Assembly (NCBI GenBank): GCA_043810775.1
Contig: JBDRNU010000025.1
Coordinates: 48,417 to 112,416, forward strand
From: an archaeon
Lineage (GTDB): Archaea; Nanobdellota; Nanobdellia; Pacearchaeales; GW2011-AR1
Length of the DNA stretch: 64,000 nucleotides
Direction: 5' to 3'
In this document: positions 51,839 through 61,815 of the stretch, piece by piece
How the letters are laid out: every line of letters starts with the position of its first letter
Position numbering within the stretch: position 1 is the stretch's first letter
Made by a program: the position numbers and the translations under genes
The notes under the pieces: generated by a model
What the model saw: only the letters and a program-made list of their open reading frames with translations
The model's database searches: none
What the model was told of the DNA's origin: nothing

Positions 51839-51867
51839 CAAAACTTCAGTAGTAAAACATTTGTATC

Positions 51868-52158
51868 TCATTTAATTGTAAATAGCTTACTGTCTTGTAC
51901 ATTGAATATACCTAGCCTAGCTCCAGAGTCAAGCCAGCCGTGGGCGTAGTTAATAGAGGCAAAGGCATTAACGTAATGGCCTTGTTTTTCAAAATAGTGA
52001 GCGTCTTGCAAGTAATTAGATACCATTTCAATAATCTCACGAGCTTCACTTTCCTTTCCTTTAATTATTGATTTTTTAGCTATTTTAAGTGCTTCTTCAG
52101 TTACAGAAAAGTATTTCTTAAGCCTTCTATTACAGATTAGATTTATTTTCCTTTCCAT
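51868..52158 (-). CDS. DUF357-like small archaeal protein (96 aa)
   Basis: YFEKQGHYVNAFASINYAHGWLDSGARLG resembles the conserved YA.GWLD.G core of DUF357 (from memory). Confidence 0.5.
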   Translation of the reverse strand: MERKINLICNRRLKKYFSVTEEALKIAKKSIIKGKESEAREIIEMVSNYLQDAHYFEKQGHYVNAFASINYAHGWLDSGARLGIFNVQDSKLFTIK

Positions 52159-52208
52159 ATATATTATATCTTAATAATATATATAAATCTCACTATATTT
52201 GCCTAAAC

Positions 52209-53303
52209 ATGCTAAAAAATAAGGTTAAAGTATCTGTTATACTGCCTGTTAGAGATGAAGAACAAGCTATTCAATCATGTGTTGAGCAGATAAAGCAAGT
52301 TTTTAAGGAGAGCAAGATTAGCGGGGAGATTATTGTTTCTGATTCTTCGAGAGATAGGAGCCATGAAATTGCTGAAAAACTGGGTGTTAAAATAGTAAAG
52401 CATAATAAAGAGGGCTATGGTGCTGCTTATCAAGAGGGTTTTAAGTCTGCTGATGGAAAGTATATATTTATGGCAGATGCAGATGGAAGTTATGATTTTA
52501 GGAATATTCCTAAGTTTTTAAGCTGTTTAGATGAGGGTTATGACTTAGTTATTGGAAATAGATTTAGGGGGCATATTCATAAGGGGGCAATGCCTTTTTT
52601 TAGAAGATATATTGGAAATCCTGTTCTTTCTTCTATGTTTAGATTATTCTTTAGTTCAAATATTGGTGATGTTCACTGTGGAATGAGGGCTATGACTAGA
52701 GAGGCACTGGAAAAACTTAATTTAAGGACTATTGGAATGGAATATGCTTCTGAGATGATTATTAGGTCTGTAAATATGAAGTTAAAAATTTGGGAAGTCC
52801 CTATTAATTATTATAAAAGGAAGGGAAAGTCAAAATTAAGGATTTTTAGTGATGGTTGGAGGCACTTAAGATTTATGCTGATGTTTGCTCCAGCTTATTT
52901 ATTTTTAGTTCCAGGATTAATGTTTTTTTTGTTAGGATTATTGTTTTTTGAATTTTTATTTTTTGAGTATGGAAGACTGGTTATATTAGGAAGTTTTTTT
53001 GTTATATTAGGGTATCAGATAATTAGTTTGGGTTTGTATGCTAAGGCTTATATGAAATCAACTGGCTTTATTGAGTCTGATAGATTACTTGATTTTATTG
53101 CAAGGACTATTAGCTTTGAAATAGGTATATATTTAGGTTTGGTATTTTTAGGAGCTAGTTTTATATTAGCTTTAGGATTTGTTGTTTTTTCAGGGAATTT
53201 AGACAATAATACTATTTTGATAGTATTGACTTTAGCTGTATTGGGGGTTCAGACTATCTTTTCTGCGTTTTTGCTAAGTATAATGTTAGTTGAAAAAAAA
53301 TAA
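52209..53303 (+). CDS. Family 2 glycosyltransferase with C-terminal transmembrane domain (dolichyl-phosphate sugar synthase-like)
   Basis: VSVILPVRDEEQAI, MADADGSYD (DxD-like), and four or more hydrophobic helices at the C-terminus. Confidence 0.8.
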   Translation: MLKNKVKVSVILPVRDEEQAIQSCVEQIKQVFKESKISGEIIVSDSSRDRSHEIAEKLGVKIVKHNKEGYGAAYQEGFKSADGKYIFMADADGSYDFRNIPKFLSCLDEGYDLVIGNRFRGHIHKGAMPFFRRYIGNPVLSSMFRLFFSSNIGDVHCGMRAMTREALEKLNLRTIGMEYASEMIIRSVNMKLKIWEVPINYYKRKGKSKLRIFSDGWRHLRFMLMFAPAYLFLVPGLMFFLLGLLFFEFLFFEYGRLVILGSFFVILGYQIISLGLYAKAYMKSTGFIESDRLLDFIARTISFEIGIYLGLVFLGASFILALGFVVFSGNLDNNTILIVLTLAVLGVQTIFSAFLLSIMLVEKK

Positions 53304-53304
53304 A

Positions 53305-54042
53305 ATGATATTAGATGAGAAAATAGCTGTGGTGACTGGGGGGGGAGGGGGTATTGGAAGAATTATATGTTTAGATTTAGCCAGGCATGGAGCGAGTGTG
53401 ATTATTTTGGCAAGAAGCAGAAATGAAATTGAAAGAACCAAAGAGTTAATTTTAAAGAATGAGGGGGCTGCTATTTCTTACGTTTGTGATGTTTCCAATG
53501 AAAAGGATGTTAAAAAAACAGTTTTGAAAATTGTCAAGAAATACGGGAAGATTGATATTTTAATTAACAATGCTGGAGTTAAATTTAAAAAAAGCTTGGT
53601 TGAAACTTCTTTAGAAGATTATGAGAGAATTATGAATACAAATCTGAAAGGCACTTTTTTATTAAGCAAATATATCTTGCCATATATTCCTAAAAATGAC
53701 AAAGGAGTTATTATAAATATTTCATCTGGTGCAGGAAAACTTGGCATAAAAGATTTGTCTGTTTATTGTGCTTCAAAGTTTGCAGTAATTGGCTTAACTG
53801 AAGCCCTGGCTTTAGAGTTGATTAGTAAAGTTAAAGTATATACTGTATGTCCTGGTGATGTTGAGCCATCTCCTTATCATAGCTTATCAAAAAAAATAAA
53901 TCCTCACGCTATTTCTGAGAAAGTTGTAGAGTTAGCTAGTGGAAAGAGCAGGTTTCCAAGTGGGTTTTCAGTTGGAGTGTATAATCGGAGAGACTTTTGG
54001 CTTTATTTCAGAAGTAAAATTGCCTTGTTTTTTAACAGATAA
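53305..54042 (+). CDS. Short-chain dehydrogenase/reductase (SDR)
   Basis: VVTGGGGGIGR (TGxxxGxG) and YCASKFAV (YxxxK). The ATG at 53305 is preferred over the track's non-ATG start at 53290, which lies inside the previous gene. Confidence 0.85.
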   Translation: MILDEKIAVVTGGGGGIGRIICLDLARHGASVIILARSRNEIERTKELILKNEGAAISYVCDVSNEKDVKKTVLKIVKKYGKIDILINNAGVKFKKSLVETSLEDYERIMNTNLKGTFLLSKYILPYIPKNDKGVIINISSGAGKLGIKDLSVYCASKFAVIGLTEALALELISKVKVYTVCPGDVEPSPYHSLSKKINPHAISEKVVELASGKSRFPSGFSVGVYNRRDFWLYFRSKIALFFNR

Positions 54043-54043
54043 A

Positions 54044-55126
54044 ATGAAAATAGCTATTTTTCATAATTTTATGGATAATATCGGCGGAGCTGAAAAAGTA
54101 GATTTAATTTTAGCAAGAGAGCTAAAAGCAGATATATACACTACTAATATTGATGCAAATAAGATTAAGAAAATGGGCTTTTCTACAGAAAATATATTTA
54201 GTATTGGTAAGATTCCTGTAAATGCTCCATTTAAGCAGGAGATGGCTTACAGGAAGTTTAGGAAGCTTGATTTAAGAAATAAATATGATTTTTATATTAT
54301 AGGGGGGGATTGGGCAATGTCTTCTTCTTTGAACAATAAACCAAATTTATGGTATGTTTATTCACCAATAAGAGAAATTTGGGATTTGTACAGATATACT
54401 AGGAGAAACACAGTTCCTTTTTATTGCAGGCCTTTTTTTGATTTATGGGCAGATTATCACAGGAAAATGAATATAAATAATATAAATCATGTCGATAAGA
54501 TTGTTGCAATATCTGAAAATGTCAGAGATAGAATTAAAAAATATTTGAACAGGCAGGCAAGCGTGGTTTATCCGCCGACTGACACTAAAAAATTTAGATA
54601 TAAAAAAAATGGAGATTTTTGGCTTTCTGTGAATAGGCTAATTAGCCATAAGAGAGTTGATATGCAGATAAGGGCGTTTAAAAAAATTCCTGAAGAAAAA
54701 TTAGTAATTATTGGAAGCTATGAGATGTCTCGGCATTTTCAAAAATATGCCAGTTATATTAAAAGAATAAAGCCTGTTAATGTAGATATTATCAGTTGGG
54801 TTGATGATGAGAGTTTAAGAGAGCTTTATTCCAATTGCAAGGGTTTTATTACGACTTCATTAAATGAGGATTATGGTATGAATGCTGTTGAAGCCATGGC
54901 TAGTGGAAAGCCAGTAATTGCTCCGGATGAAGGTGGATATAAAGAGACTATGATTGGAGGTAAGACTGGAAAACTAATTGAAGATATTAATGAAGATAAG
55001 ATTGTTAGTGCAGTAAAAGAAATTAGAGAGCATCCAAGAAAATATAAAGAAGACTGCCTGAAGCAAGCTAAAAAATTTGATGTTAAGATATTTATCAATA
55101 AAATGAAAAGAGAAATTCAAGCATGA
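54044..55126 (+). CDS. GT-B fold glycosyltransferase (family 1/4-like)
   Basis: MKIAIFHNFMDNIGGAEKV and EDYGMNAVEAMASGKPVIAPDEGG (E-x7-E region). The track ORF start (53939) lies inside the SDR gene. The ATG at 54044 directly follows the SDR stop. Confidence 0.8.
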   Translation: MKIAIFHNFMDNIGGAEKVDLILARELKADIYTTNIDANKIKKMGFSTENIFSIGKIPVNAPFKQEMAYRKFRKLDLRNKYDFYIIGGDWAMSSSLNNKPNLWYVYSPIREIWDLYRYTRRNTVPFYCRPFFDLWADYHRKMNINNINHVDKIVAISENVRDRIKKYLNRQASVVYPPTDTKKFRYKKNGDFWLSVNRLISHKRVDMQIRAFKKIPEEKLVIIGSYEMSRHFQKYASYIKRIKPVNVDIISWVDDESLRELYSNCKGFITTSLNEDYGMNAVEAMASGKPVIAPDEGGYKETMIGGKTGKLIEDINEDKIVSAVKEIREHPRKYKEDCLKQAKKFDVKIFINKMKREIQA

Positions 55127-56038
55127 AAATAGCAATTATGGGGTATGGGCGTTCTGGCACACTTTTACTGAATAAAATTCTGTCTGCTCACCCTAAGATT
55201 TTTTTCCCAAGTGATGAATTTGATAATTTTCCTTTTTTTTTACAGACATCAAAACATGTATAATAAGTATGGAAAGAAAAAATATGGAATTATTTCAAAA
55301 GATATACATAAAGGGTTGTGGCAGAGTACTTATTCAATTGAAGCCCGTAACTTTAGGGAGTTTGTTGATAAGTTATGTTCAATATACTGCAGTGAGTCTA
55401 AAGCTGAGGTAATTGGAGTAAAAATTGCAGGAAATATGAAGGATAATGTCAGCTTAATTAAAAATATTTTTCCTGATGCTTATTGCATTCATATTATAAG
55501 AGACCCTAGAGATATACTTGTTTCATTAAGAAAAGTTCCGTTTGAAACAAAAAGTGCTTATATATTGGGAAAAAACTGGATACAAACAATTAATGCAATT
55601 AGGCAGTTGAGAAAACTGCCCAATTATTATGAAATTAGGTATGAGTCTCTTTTAACTGATCCTGTTAAGGAAATTAAAGGCATTTGCAAGTTTCTTAATC
55701 TAAAGTATAATAAGAAAATGCTTGATTTTCATAAAAATATAACTGGGAAGCATAGTTTTAACACTTTAATTAGAAATAAAATTGCAAAGGATAATACTGG
55801 TAAGTGGAAAAAAGTGTTAAGTAAAAAAGACTTGAAATTATTATATTCAGTAGCAAGCAAAGATATGTTCAGTGAGGGTTATTTAGACAGAGTTTATTAT
55901 ATTCATATAGGTATTTTTGATAATATAAGCGAGTATTTGAAAGATTTTATCAGAAAGCTGAGATATTTTGATTATGATTTGCCAAACAGAATATACCTTA
56001 AAGAGCTGTTATTTTTAAGAGGAATTGGGGTAAAATAA
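55123..56038 (+). pseudogene. Sulfotransferase split by a +1 frameshift in a T9 run (55233-55241); may be a pseudogene, a phase-variable gene or a homopolymer sequencing error
   Basis: The 5' piece (ATG 55123, ATGA overlap with the upstream stop) encodes MKIAIMGYGRSGTLLLNKIL (PAPS 5'-phosphosulfate-binding loop) and stops at 55261-55263. Track ORF 55211..56038 carries IIRDPRDILVSL (3'-phosphate-binding motif). Removing one T joins them into one ~305-aa ORF. Confidence 0.7.
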
Positions 56039-56049
56039 GGGAGTTTATA

Positions 56050-56661
56050 ATGGTTGAAGGATGGTTAAATAATAATGAGGCTGAATTGCTTTTTAATCTT
56101 GCTAAAAATGTAAAAAATGGAGTTATTGTAGAGATTGGCTCTTATAAGGGCAAGTCAGCACTAGCATTGGGGAGAGGAGCTAAAGTTAAAGTATATACTG
56201 TTGATTGTGATAAGTCTAATTTAAAAGAGCTTAATGATAATATTAAAAAAGCCAAACTGAAAAATATAATTTCTATTAGTAAGTATTCTAAGGAAGCAGC
56301 TGAGAGTTTTAATGATAAGATTGGGATGTTATTTATTGATGGCAACCATAGTTATGAATCTATAAGCGAGGATTTTTTGAGCTGGAAGGACAAGGTAATT
56401 TCTGGAGGAATAATTGCCTTTCATGATGTACACTACTCTTGGAATGATGTGACAAAGTTTGTTAGAGAGATAATTTTTAGGAGAGATTTAGCTGATTTTG
56501 AGATATTTGAAACAATAGTTTATTGCAGGAGAAAAGATAAGCTCAACTTAGCTGACAGGTTAATGAACAGGTTTTTTTACTTTAAATTTTTAATGCATAC
56601 TACTTACTCGCTAAGATTTATTGACAGATTAGTGGGAAATATAGGGAAATTGATAAAATGA
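56050..56661 (+). CDS. Class I SAM-dependent methyltransferase (Methyltransf_24-like)
   Basis: GVIVEIGSYKGKSALAL, LFIDGNHSYES and GGIIAFHD. Confidence 0.75.
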   Translation: MVEGWLNNNEAELLFNLAKNVKNGVIVEIGSYKGKSALALGRGAKVKVYTVDCDKSNLKELNDNIKKAKLKNIISISKYSKEAAESFNDKIGMLFIDGNHSYESISEDFLSWKDKVISGGIIAFHDVHYSWNDVTKFVREIIFRRDLADFEIFETIVYCRRKDKLNLADRLMNRFFYFKFLMHTTYSLRFIDRLVGNIGKLIK

Positions 56662-57515
56662 AAGTTTCAGTTGTAATTCCAGTTCATAATGGCGAAAAAA
56701 CTCTTGAAAATTGTTTGAATTCTGTTTTAAACCAGACATACAAGAATTATGAAATCATCGTGGTTGATAATAATTCAACAGATAATACTAAAAAAATAGT
56801 GGATAAATTTAAAAGAGATTCTAATAAAATCAAGTATTTTTTTGAGAAAAAAATTGGGAGGGGTGCTACTCGAAATACAGGAATTAAAAATTCTAAAGGG
56901 AGCATTATAGTAATGATTGATTGTGACTGTGTTGCTCCCAGCCATTGGCTAAAGGAATTAACTAAACCAATTATAGATGGGGAGGAAGAAATTGTTATGG
57001 GTGGTGAAAAAGATTTAGTAGGCAATTTTTGGACTAAAAACATTCAGGAAGCAAACCTTAGATTTATTAAAAGAAATTTAAGAGGGAAGTATTCAGGGCA
57101 TATTGATACTAAGAATTTTGCCATTAAATCCTCCATTATTAAGAAATTTATGTTTGATTCTGAAATTGGAAATATGGAAGATTTAGACTTGTATTTAAGA
57201 ATAAAAGACAGATATAATATTCTTTTCCTGAAAAATGCTGATGTTGGCCATTATCACAGAAATTCTTTTTTAGATTTTATAAAAACTAATTTTGACAGAT
57301 CTTATTGGGTTTTTAAAATTTATGAAAAACATAAATCTAGAGAAAATCCTATAGCATATCCTATGTTTGACAGCCTTAATTTTAAGAATTTATTTTTAAC
57401 TCCATTATGGGTAATGCTGCAATTTTTTAAAAAATCTTTTAAAGAGGCACTTTTTATTATTGTTTCTGAACTTTCTTGGAGAGTTGGACTACTTATAGCA
57501 TATTTTAAGAAATAG
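56658..57515 (+). CDS. Family 2 glycosyltransferase
   Basis: VSVVIPVHNGEKTLENCLNSVLNQTYKNYEIIVVDNNSTDNT and MIDCDC (DxD-like). Confidence 0.85.
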   Translation: MKVSVVIPVHNGEKTLENCLNSVLNQTYKNYEIIVVDNNSTDNTKKIVDKFKRDSNKIKYFFEKKIGRGATRNTGIKNSKGSIIVMIDCDCVAPSHWLKELTKPIIDGEEEIVMGGEKDLVGNFWTKNIQEANLRFIKRNLRGKYSGHIDTKNFAIKSSIIKKFMFDSEIGNMEDLDLYLRIKDRYNILFLKNADVGHYHRNSFLDFIKTNFDRSYWVFKIYEKHKSRENPIAYPMFDSLNFKNLFLTPLWVMLQFFKKSFKEALFIIVSELSWRVGLLIAYFKK

Positions 57516-57520
57516 CCTAT

Positions 57521-58231
57521 TTAAGAATTTTTTTTAATGTCTTTAAGATAAGATTTGACTATTTCCTTGTTTTCACCAATTGCTTTTATTTCTCCATTAT
57601 CCATCCATAGGACTTTATGGCAGTGCTTTAATAAATCAAGGTTGTGTGTCACTATTATTACTGTTGTTCCTTTTCTTGAAAGTTCAATATGCTTTTTTGT
57701 TGCTTTTTGCACAAATTTTTTATCCAGAATCATATCTACATCATCCAGGAGAATTATGTCCGAATTTGCGTGCAGGCTGATTGCACTTATTAGCCTGACT
57801 TTCATCCCATCAGAAAGCTGGTACAGCTTTGTATTTTCGTATCTTTCCAATTCAGCAAATTTGAGTATTGTCTTTAACTTTTGATTTATCTGGTTTTTTG
57901 TCAGTTTATAAAGAGTGCAAAATAAGAATATATTATCTTTTACTGACAGTCTTTCCTGAAGGCCAATATTTAAGCCAAGTACTGATATTAGTTTTCCGTT
58001 TGTTTCTAGAGTACCAGAATCTTTTTGATAAATTCCTGCAATTATTCTTAGCAAGGTTGATTTGCCTGCTCCATTTTTTCCTATTATCCCTATTTTTTCA
58101 CCTGTTTTAAGCTCTAGATTTATGTTTTTTAGGGCTAGAAATTCCTTTTTTTGCTCTTTTCCTAAAATTCTTGAGCTTTTTGTCCCAATGTAAAATTTTT
58201 TTGAAACATTTTTTATGATTATTGATTTCAT
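57521..58231 (-). CDS. ABC transporter ATP-binding protein (polysaccharide/teichoic-acid exporter type, Wzt/TagH-like)
   Basis: Walker A GKNGAGKST, signature LSDGMKVRL, Walker B IILLDDV. Confidence 0.85.
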   Translation of the reverse strand: MKSIIIKNVSKKFYIGTKSSRILGKEQKKEFLALKNINLELKTGEKIGIIGKNGAGKSTLLRIIAGIYQKDSGTLETNGKLISVLGLNIGLQERLSVKDNIFLFCTLYKLTKNQINQKLKTILKFAELERYENTKLYQLSDGMKVRLISAISLHANSDIILLDDVDMILDKKFVQKATKKHIELSRKGTTVIIVTHNLDLLKHCHKVLWMDNGEIKAIGENKEIVKSYLKDIKKNS

Positions 58232-58986
58232 CTTATTACCTCAGCGAATTTTTTATCCAGTTTTTTGAATATTAGTATTCCCAGTGCAAGAAATATTAGT
58301 GTATGCAAAAGAGCGCCTGTAAATAGCCACATTTCTGGCAGAGAATTATAAATTATAATTTCTCTTGTTATAGTGATAAAATAGTAAAGAGGATTTAATA
58401 AGTTAATTATAAATAGTTTTGAGTTATTAGAGATAGTATAGAAAATTGGGGTGGCAAACCATATAAGCTTAGATAAAAAAGCCCATATGTTATCTAAGTC
58501 TGTAAAAAATACATTCAGTGACGAGAGAATTAGAGATATTCCAAAAATTAACATCATAAAAAATAAAATTATTATTGGGTAAAAAATTATTGTCAGTGTT
58601 AATTTACCCATTATTATAAGAATTAATATGAATATTATTAATTCAAAAACATGGGTAAAAAGTGTTTTGAGGACTGCTGCTGCAACTAATGCTTGCCGAG
58701 GGAATTTTATTGACTTAATTATCCCCTTGTAAGAACTAAGTATTTTTGTTGAGTCTATTGTTATTTGCTGGAAAATGTTTGCCATTATTATTCCCAATAA
58801 CAAGTAAAGGGTGTAATTTTCAATATTAGTTCCGATATTTTTTGAAAATATAAATAATAAAAGCATAAAAACAAGGAGAGGATTTAGAATGTACCATAAT
58901 ATTCCAAGATATTTCCCTTCATTTTTAACTTTAAACTCGGCTTTTGCTAAAGTATAGCTTAGCTTTACAAAGTATTTTAGTGTCAT
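58228..58986 (-). CDS. ABC-2 type transporter permease (Wzm/TagG-like)
   Basis: Six predicted hydrophobic helices. ATGA-type overlap with the ATPase gene. Confidence 0.75.
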   Translation of the reverse strand: MTLKYFVKLSYTLAKAEFKVKNEGKYLGILWYILNPLLVFMLLLFIFSKNIGTNIENYTLYLLLGIIMANIFQQITIDSTKILSSYKGIIKSIKFPRQALVAAAVLKTLFTHVFELIIFILILIIMGKLTLTIIFYPIIILFFMMLIFGISLILSSLNVFFTDLDNIWAFLSKLIWFATPIFYTISNNSKLFIINLLNPLYYFITITREIIIYNSLPEMWLFTGALLHTLIFLALGILIFKKLDKKFAEVIR

Positions 58987-60164
58987 TTTTTTGTGTTTCT
59001 TATTTTTTCATCTTTCATTAGTGCGTCAAAAAAACAGCTTATATTATTATCTAGTGTGTAGTGGTCTAATTCACAAATATCGTGTTCAGATAAGTCTATA
59101 TCATATTTGTCAGGCCATTTAAATAGATTTATTATTAGAAAGGGGCAGCTTTTTTTAGCTAGCTTGCTGTAGAGTATTCTGATTATATTTTTTAAGTAAA
59201 GGTGTTTAGCTAGGTAGATTAGATATAGGGGATATTTTAGAATTGAGCTTTTCAGTTTCCTTGCTTTTTTTGTATTAAATATAAAATCATAATAGTTTAT
59301 ACTATATCTATACTGATTTGCCGGCATTTTTGATTTTGGCCAGTAATCTATAAATTCCTTATAATCTATTCCTGTTGATTTTGCAAGTAGACTGGCAAAA
59401 TCAGACAAAAACGGCTTTTCGTAGTTTTTGTGGCGGCCTATCATTGAGTAGGTTCTGCATCTTAGTTCGTGAACAAAATTGTTATTTTTTAGTGCAAGTT
59501 TAAAGACTTTTTTAAATTCTGAATCATTTATACCTTTTAGCCAGCTAAATGATAGTATGAGCTTTAGTTTTAGCTTTTCTGCGTTTTTGAATGCTTTTTT
59601 CTTCAGCATTAGCAGGGGTTTTCCCTCAATTTTTTCAAAAATTTTATCATCCAGGGCATTAAGTGAAAACAATGCATAATCAAGGCCAGCATTTTTCAAG
59701 CTTTTTGCATATTCGAGTGAAGAGAGTTTTATGCAGTTTGAAAGAATACAGGTTGATTTTCCTTGTAATTTAGCATATTCTATCAGCTCTTGAAGCTCTT
59801 TTCTTAGTGTTGGCTCTCCACCAGAAAAGCCGATTGTTTTGTGTTTTGAAGATTTTATTAGTGATTTTATTTTAGTTAATGGAATATCTTTTTGTTTTCT
59901 GTCAGGGAGATAGCAGTATCTGCAGTTAAGATTGCATTTATATGTAACTGGTATTATTAGAGTTCTAGGCTGAATTTTCTGCTTTTTCCATATATTTTGG
60001 GAGCTTTTGTAAAAAATTGCATTTTTTTCAACTATGCTTGAGAAATAGCCATGATTTTTGCAGGATTTTTTCATAATTATCTTGTTATTATGTTCGTATA
60101 AATCAGCACTTATTTTTTTAAAGCATTTAGGGCAGATTGATTTTGTTTTTTTTATCAGTTTCAT
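58983..60164 (-). CDS. Radical SAM protein with N-terminal Cys-pair (zinc-ribbon-like)
   Basis: CPKCFKK ... TYKCNLNCRYCY (CxxxCxxC) ... GFSGGEPT. Confidence 0.8.
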   Translation of the reverse strand: MKLIKKTKSICPKCFKKISADLYEHNNKIIMKKSCKNHGYFSSIVEKNAIFYKSSQNIWKKQKIQPRTLIIPVTYKCNLNCRYCYLPDRKQKDIPLTKIKSLIKSSKHKTIGFSGGEPTLRKELQELIEYAKLQGKSTCILSNCIKLSSLEYAKSLKNAGLDYALFSLNALDDKIFEKIEGKPLLMLKKKAFKNAEKLKLKLILSFSWLKGINDSEFKKVFKLALKNNNFVHELRCRTYSMIGRHKNYEKPFLSDFASLLAKSTGIDYKEFIDYWPKSKMPANQYRYSINYYDFIFNTKKARKLKSSILKYPLYLIYLAKHLYLKNIIRILYSKLAKKSCPFLIINLFKWPDKYDIDLSEHDICELDHYTLDNNISCFFDALMKDEKIRNTKK

Positions 60165-60217
60165 GCATTTAATAAGATACAGTTAAATTTAAATAACTTT
60201 CATTTGGATTTATAGTT

Positions 60218-61258
60218 ATGCCAATGGACTTTTTATTTAAACTGCCATTTTTAAGATATTACTATAATCGATATAAACTGGGTGTTCCTGAGACTTTTTT
60301 TATTCCTTTTAGATTGTTTATGTGGTTTGAGCTAAGAAGAGCTTTTGGTCAAAAAGTGATTCCTGGCATGTTTTTGTCTCCTTCTCAGACATGCAATTGT
60401 GATTGCAAGCACTGTTATGAGGTTTATGATGGGAAAAGAATAAAAGAGAGTTTAACATTAAAAGAGATTAAAAGTGTTATTGACCAGTTTAAGTCAATGG
60501 ATGGGAGATATATTGTTTTTTGCAGTGGTGAGTTTTTGCTTAGGAAAGATGCTTTAGAAATTATAAATTATGCTTTTAATAAGGAAATATTTACTATTTT
60601 AGTCACTAATGGCCTGCTGATTAATGAAGCAAGTATAAAAGAGCTAAAAAAAGCCGGTCTTAGAGAAGTGGTTGTATCAATTGACAGTATGAATGCTGAA
60701 AAACATGATGAATTAAGGGGTGTAAAGGGGTGCCATAAAAAAGCAATTAATTCGTTGAAACTAGCTAAAAAGTGCGGTTTAGAAACTTCTATATGGACTT
60801 ATATATCTAGAAGTAATATTCACGAACTTGAGGAAATTGAGAAATTAGCTATTGAGCTAGATATTACAGATGTATTTTGTTATTTTCCCTTGCTTTCTGG
60901 GAAATTTTTCAATAAGCCAGATGAAAATCTTACTTTTGAAGAGAGAGAGGATATAAGGAAAAAATTCAAGAATTCAAAAAAATTCTTTTTGGAGTTTGCA
61001 ACTGAAGATACTCTTTGTACTGCTGCTGCAGAGTATCACTTAAATGTAAATCCTGCTGGCGAGGTTACTTTTTGCCCGCCTGTTCCATATTCTTATGGGA
61101 ACATAAAAAATGAGCCTTTAAAGAAGATATATGCTAGGATGAGGAAGGATTTTAAAAGATTCAGGTATTTTAAAGGCCAGTGCCCTGTGAATAATCCAGA
61201 TTATAGGAGAAGATGCAAAGCGAGAAAAATAGTTGAAGTTGATAATAAGTTAAAATGA
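60218..61258 (+). CDS. Radical SAM protein with C-terminal Cys-rich (SPASM/twitch-like) extension
   Basis: SQTCNCDCKHCY (CxxxCxxC), FCSGEFLL, and later CTAAAEYHLNVNPAGEVTFCPP...GQCP. Confidence 0.8.
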   Translation: MPMDFLFKLPFLRYYYNRYKLGVPETFFIPFRLFMWFELRRAFGQKVIPGMFLSPSQTCNCDCKHCYEVYDGKRIKESLTLKEIKSVIDQFKSMDGRYIVFCSGEFLLRKDALEIINYAFNKEIFTILVTNGLLINEASIKELKKAGLREVVVSIDSMNAEKHDELRGVKGCHKKAINSLKLAKKCGLETSIWTYISRSNIHELEEIEKLAIELDITDVFCYFPLLSGKFFNKPDENLTFEEREDIRKKFKNSKKFFLEFATEDTLCTAAAEYHLNVNPAGEVTFCPPVPYSYGNIKNEPLKKIYARMRKDFKRFRYFKGQCPVNNPDYRRRCKARKIVEVDNKLK

Positions 61259-61815
61259 AATTTAAAAATAAAATTATTGAATGCATTTATACAAGGAGGT
61301 CTATTAGGGAATATAAAGATAAATCAGTTTCTAAGGAATTGATTGACGAATTGCTTAAATCTGCTGTAATGGCTCCAAGCGCAAAAAACAGACAGCCATT
61401 GCATTTTACAATTGTTGAAGGCAAGGATAAAGTTAGATATTTTGGCGAAATTGCTTATAAAAATCTGATTATGCAAGAGTTAGAAAGAAAATCCGGATAT
61501 GGACTAAAAAGTGCTGAACAGATTTTTTATAATGCTCCTTTGTTAATTATTATTTCTGGCAAAAAAGGCTACAATTGGCTTAAGGCAGATGCGAATTTAG
61601 CTGTGCAAAATATGTTTTTAGCTGCAAATTCCTTGGGTTTGGGAAGCTGCTGGATAGGATATGCAATGCCTTTAAATAATGATAAAAAAGTAATGAGGGA
61701 GCTGGGAGTTCCTGATGATTTTGAGATTGTTGCCCCCTTAATTTTTGGGTATCTTAAAAAGAAAATTATATCAATTCCTAAAAGAGAGCCAAAAATTTTA
61801 AAGTGGATTAGCTGA
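61255..61815 (+). CDS. Nitroreductase-family protein
   Basis: RRSIREYKDKSVSKELIDELLKSAVMAPSAKNRQPLHFTIV. Confidence 0.8.
   Translation: MKFKNKIIECIYTRRSIREYKDKSVSKELIDELLKSAVMAPSAKNRQPLHFTIVEGKDKVRYFGEIAYKNLIMQELERKSGYGLKSAEQIFYNAPLLIIISGKKGYNWLKADANLAVQNMFLAANSLGLGSCWIGYAMPLNNDKKVMRELGVPDDFEIVAPLIFGYLKKKIISIPKREPKILKWIS

Noticed and set aside
53939-54043. N-terminal 35-codon extension of the GT-B glycosyltransferase (track ORF start 53939)
   Set aside because: The extension lies entirely within the SDR gene in another frame. The ATG at 54044 gives the typical MKIAIF... glycosyltransferase N-terminus immediately after the SDR stop.
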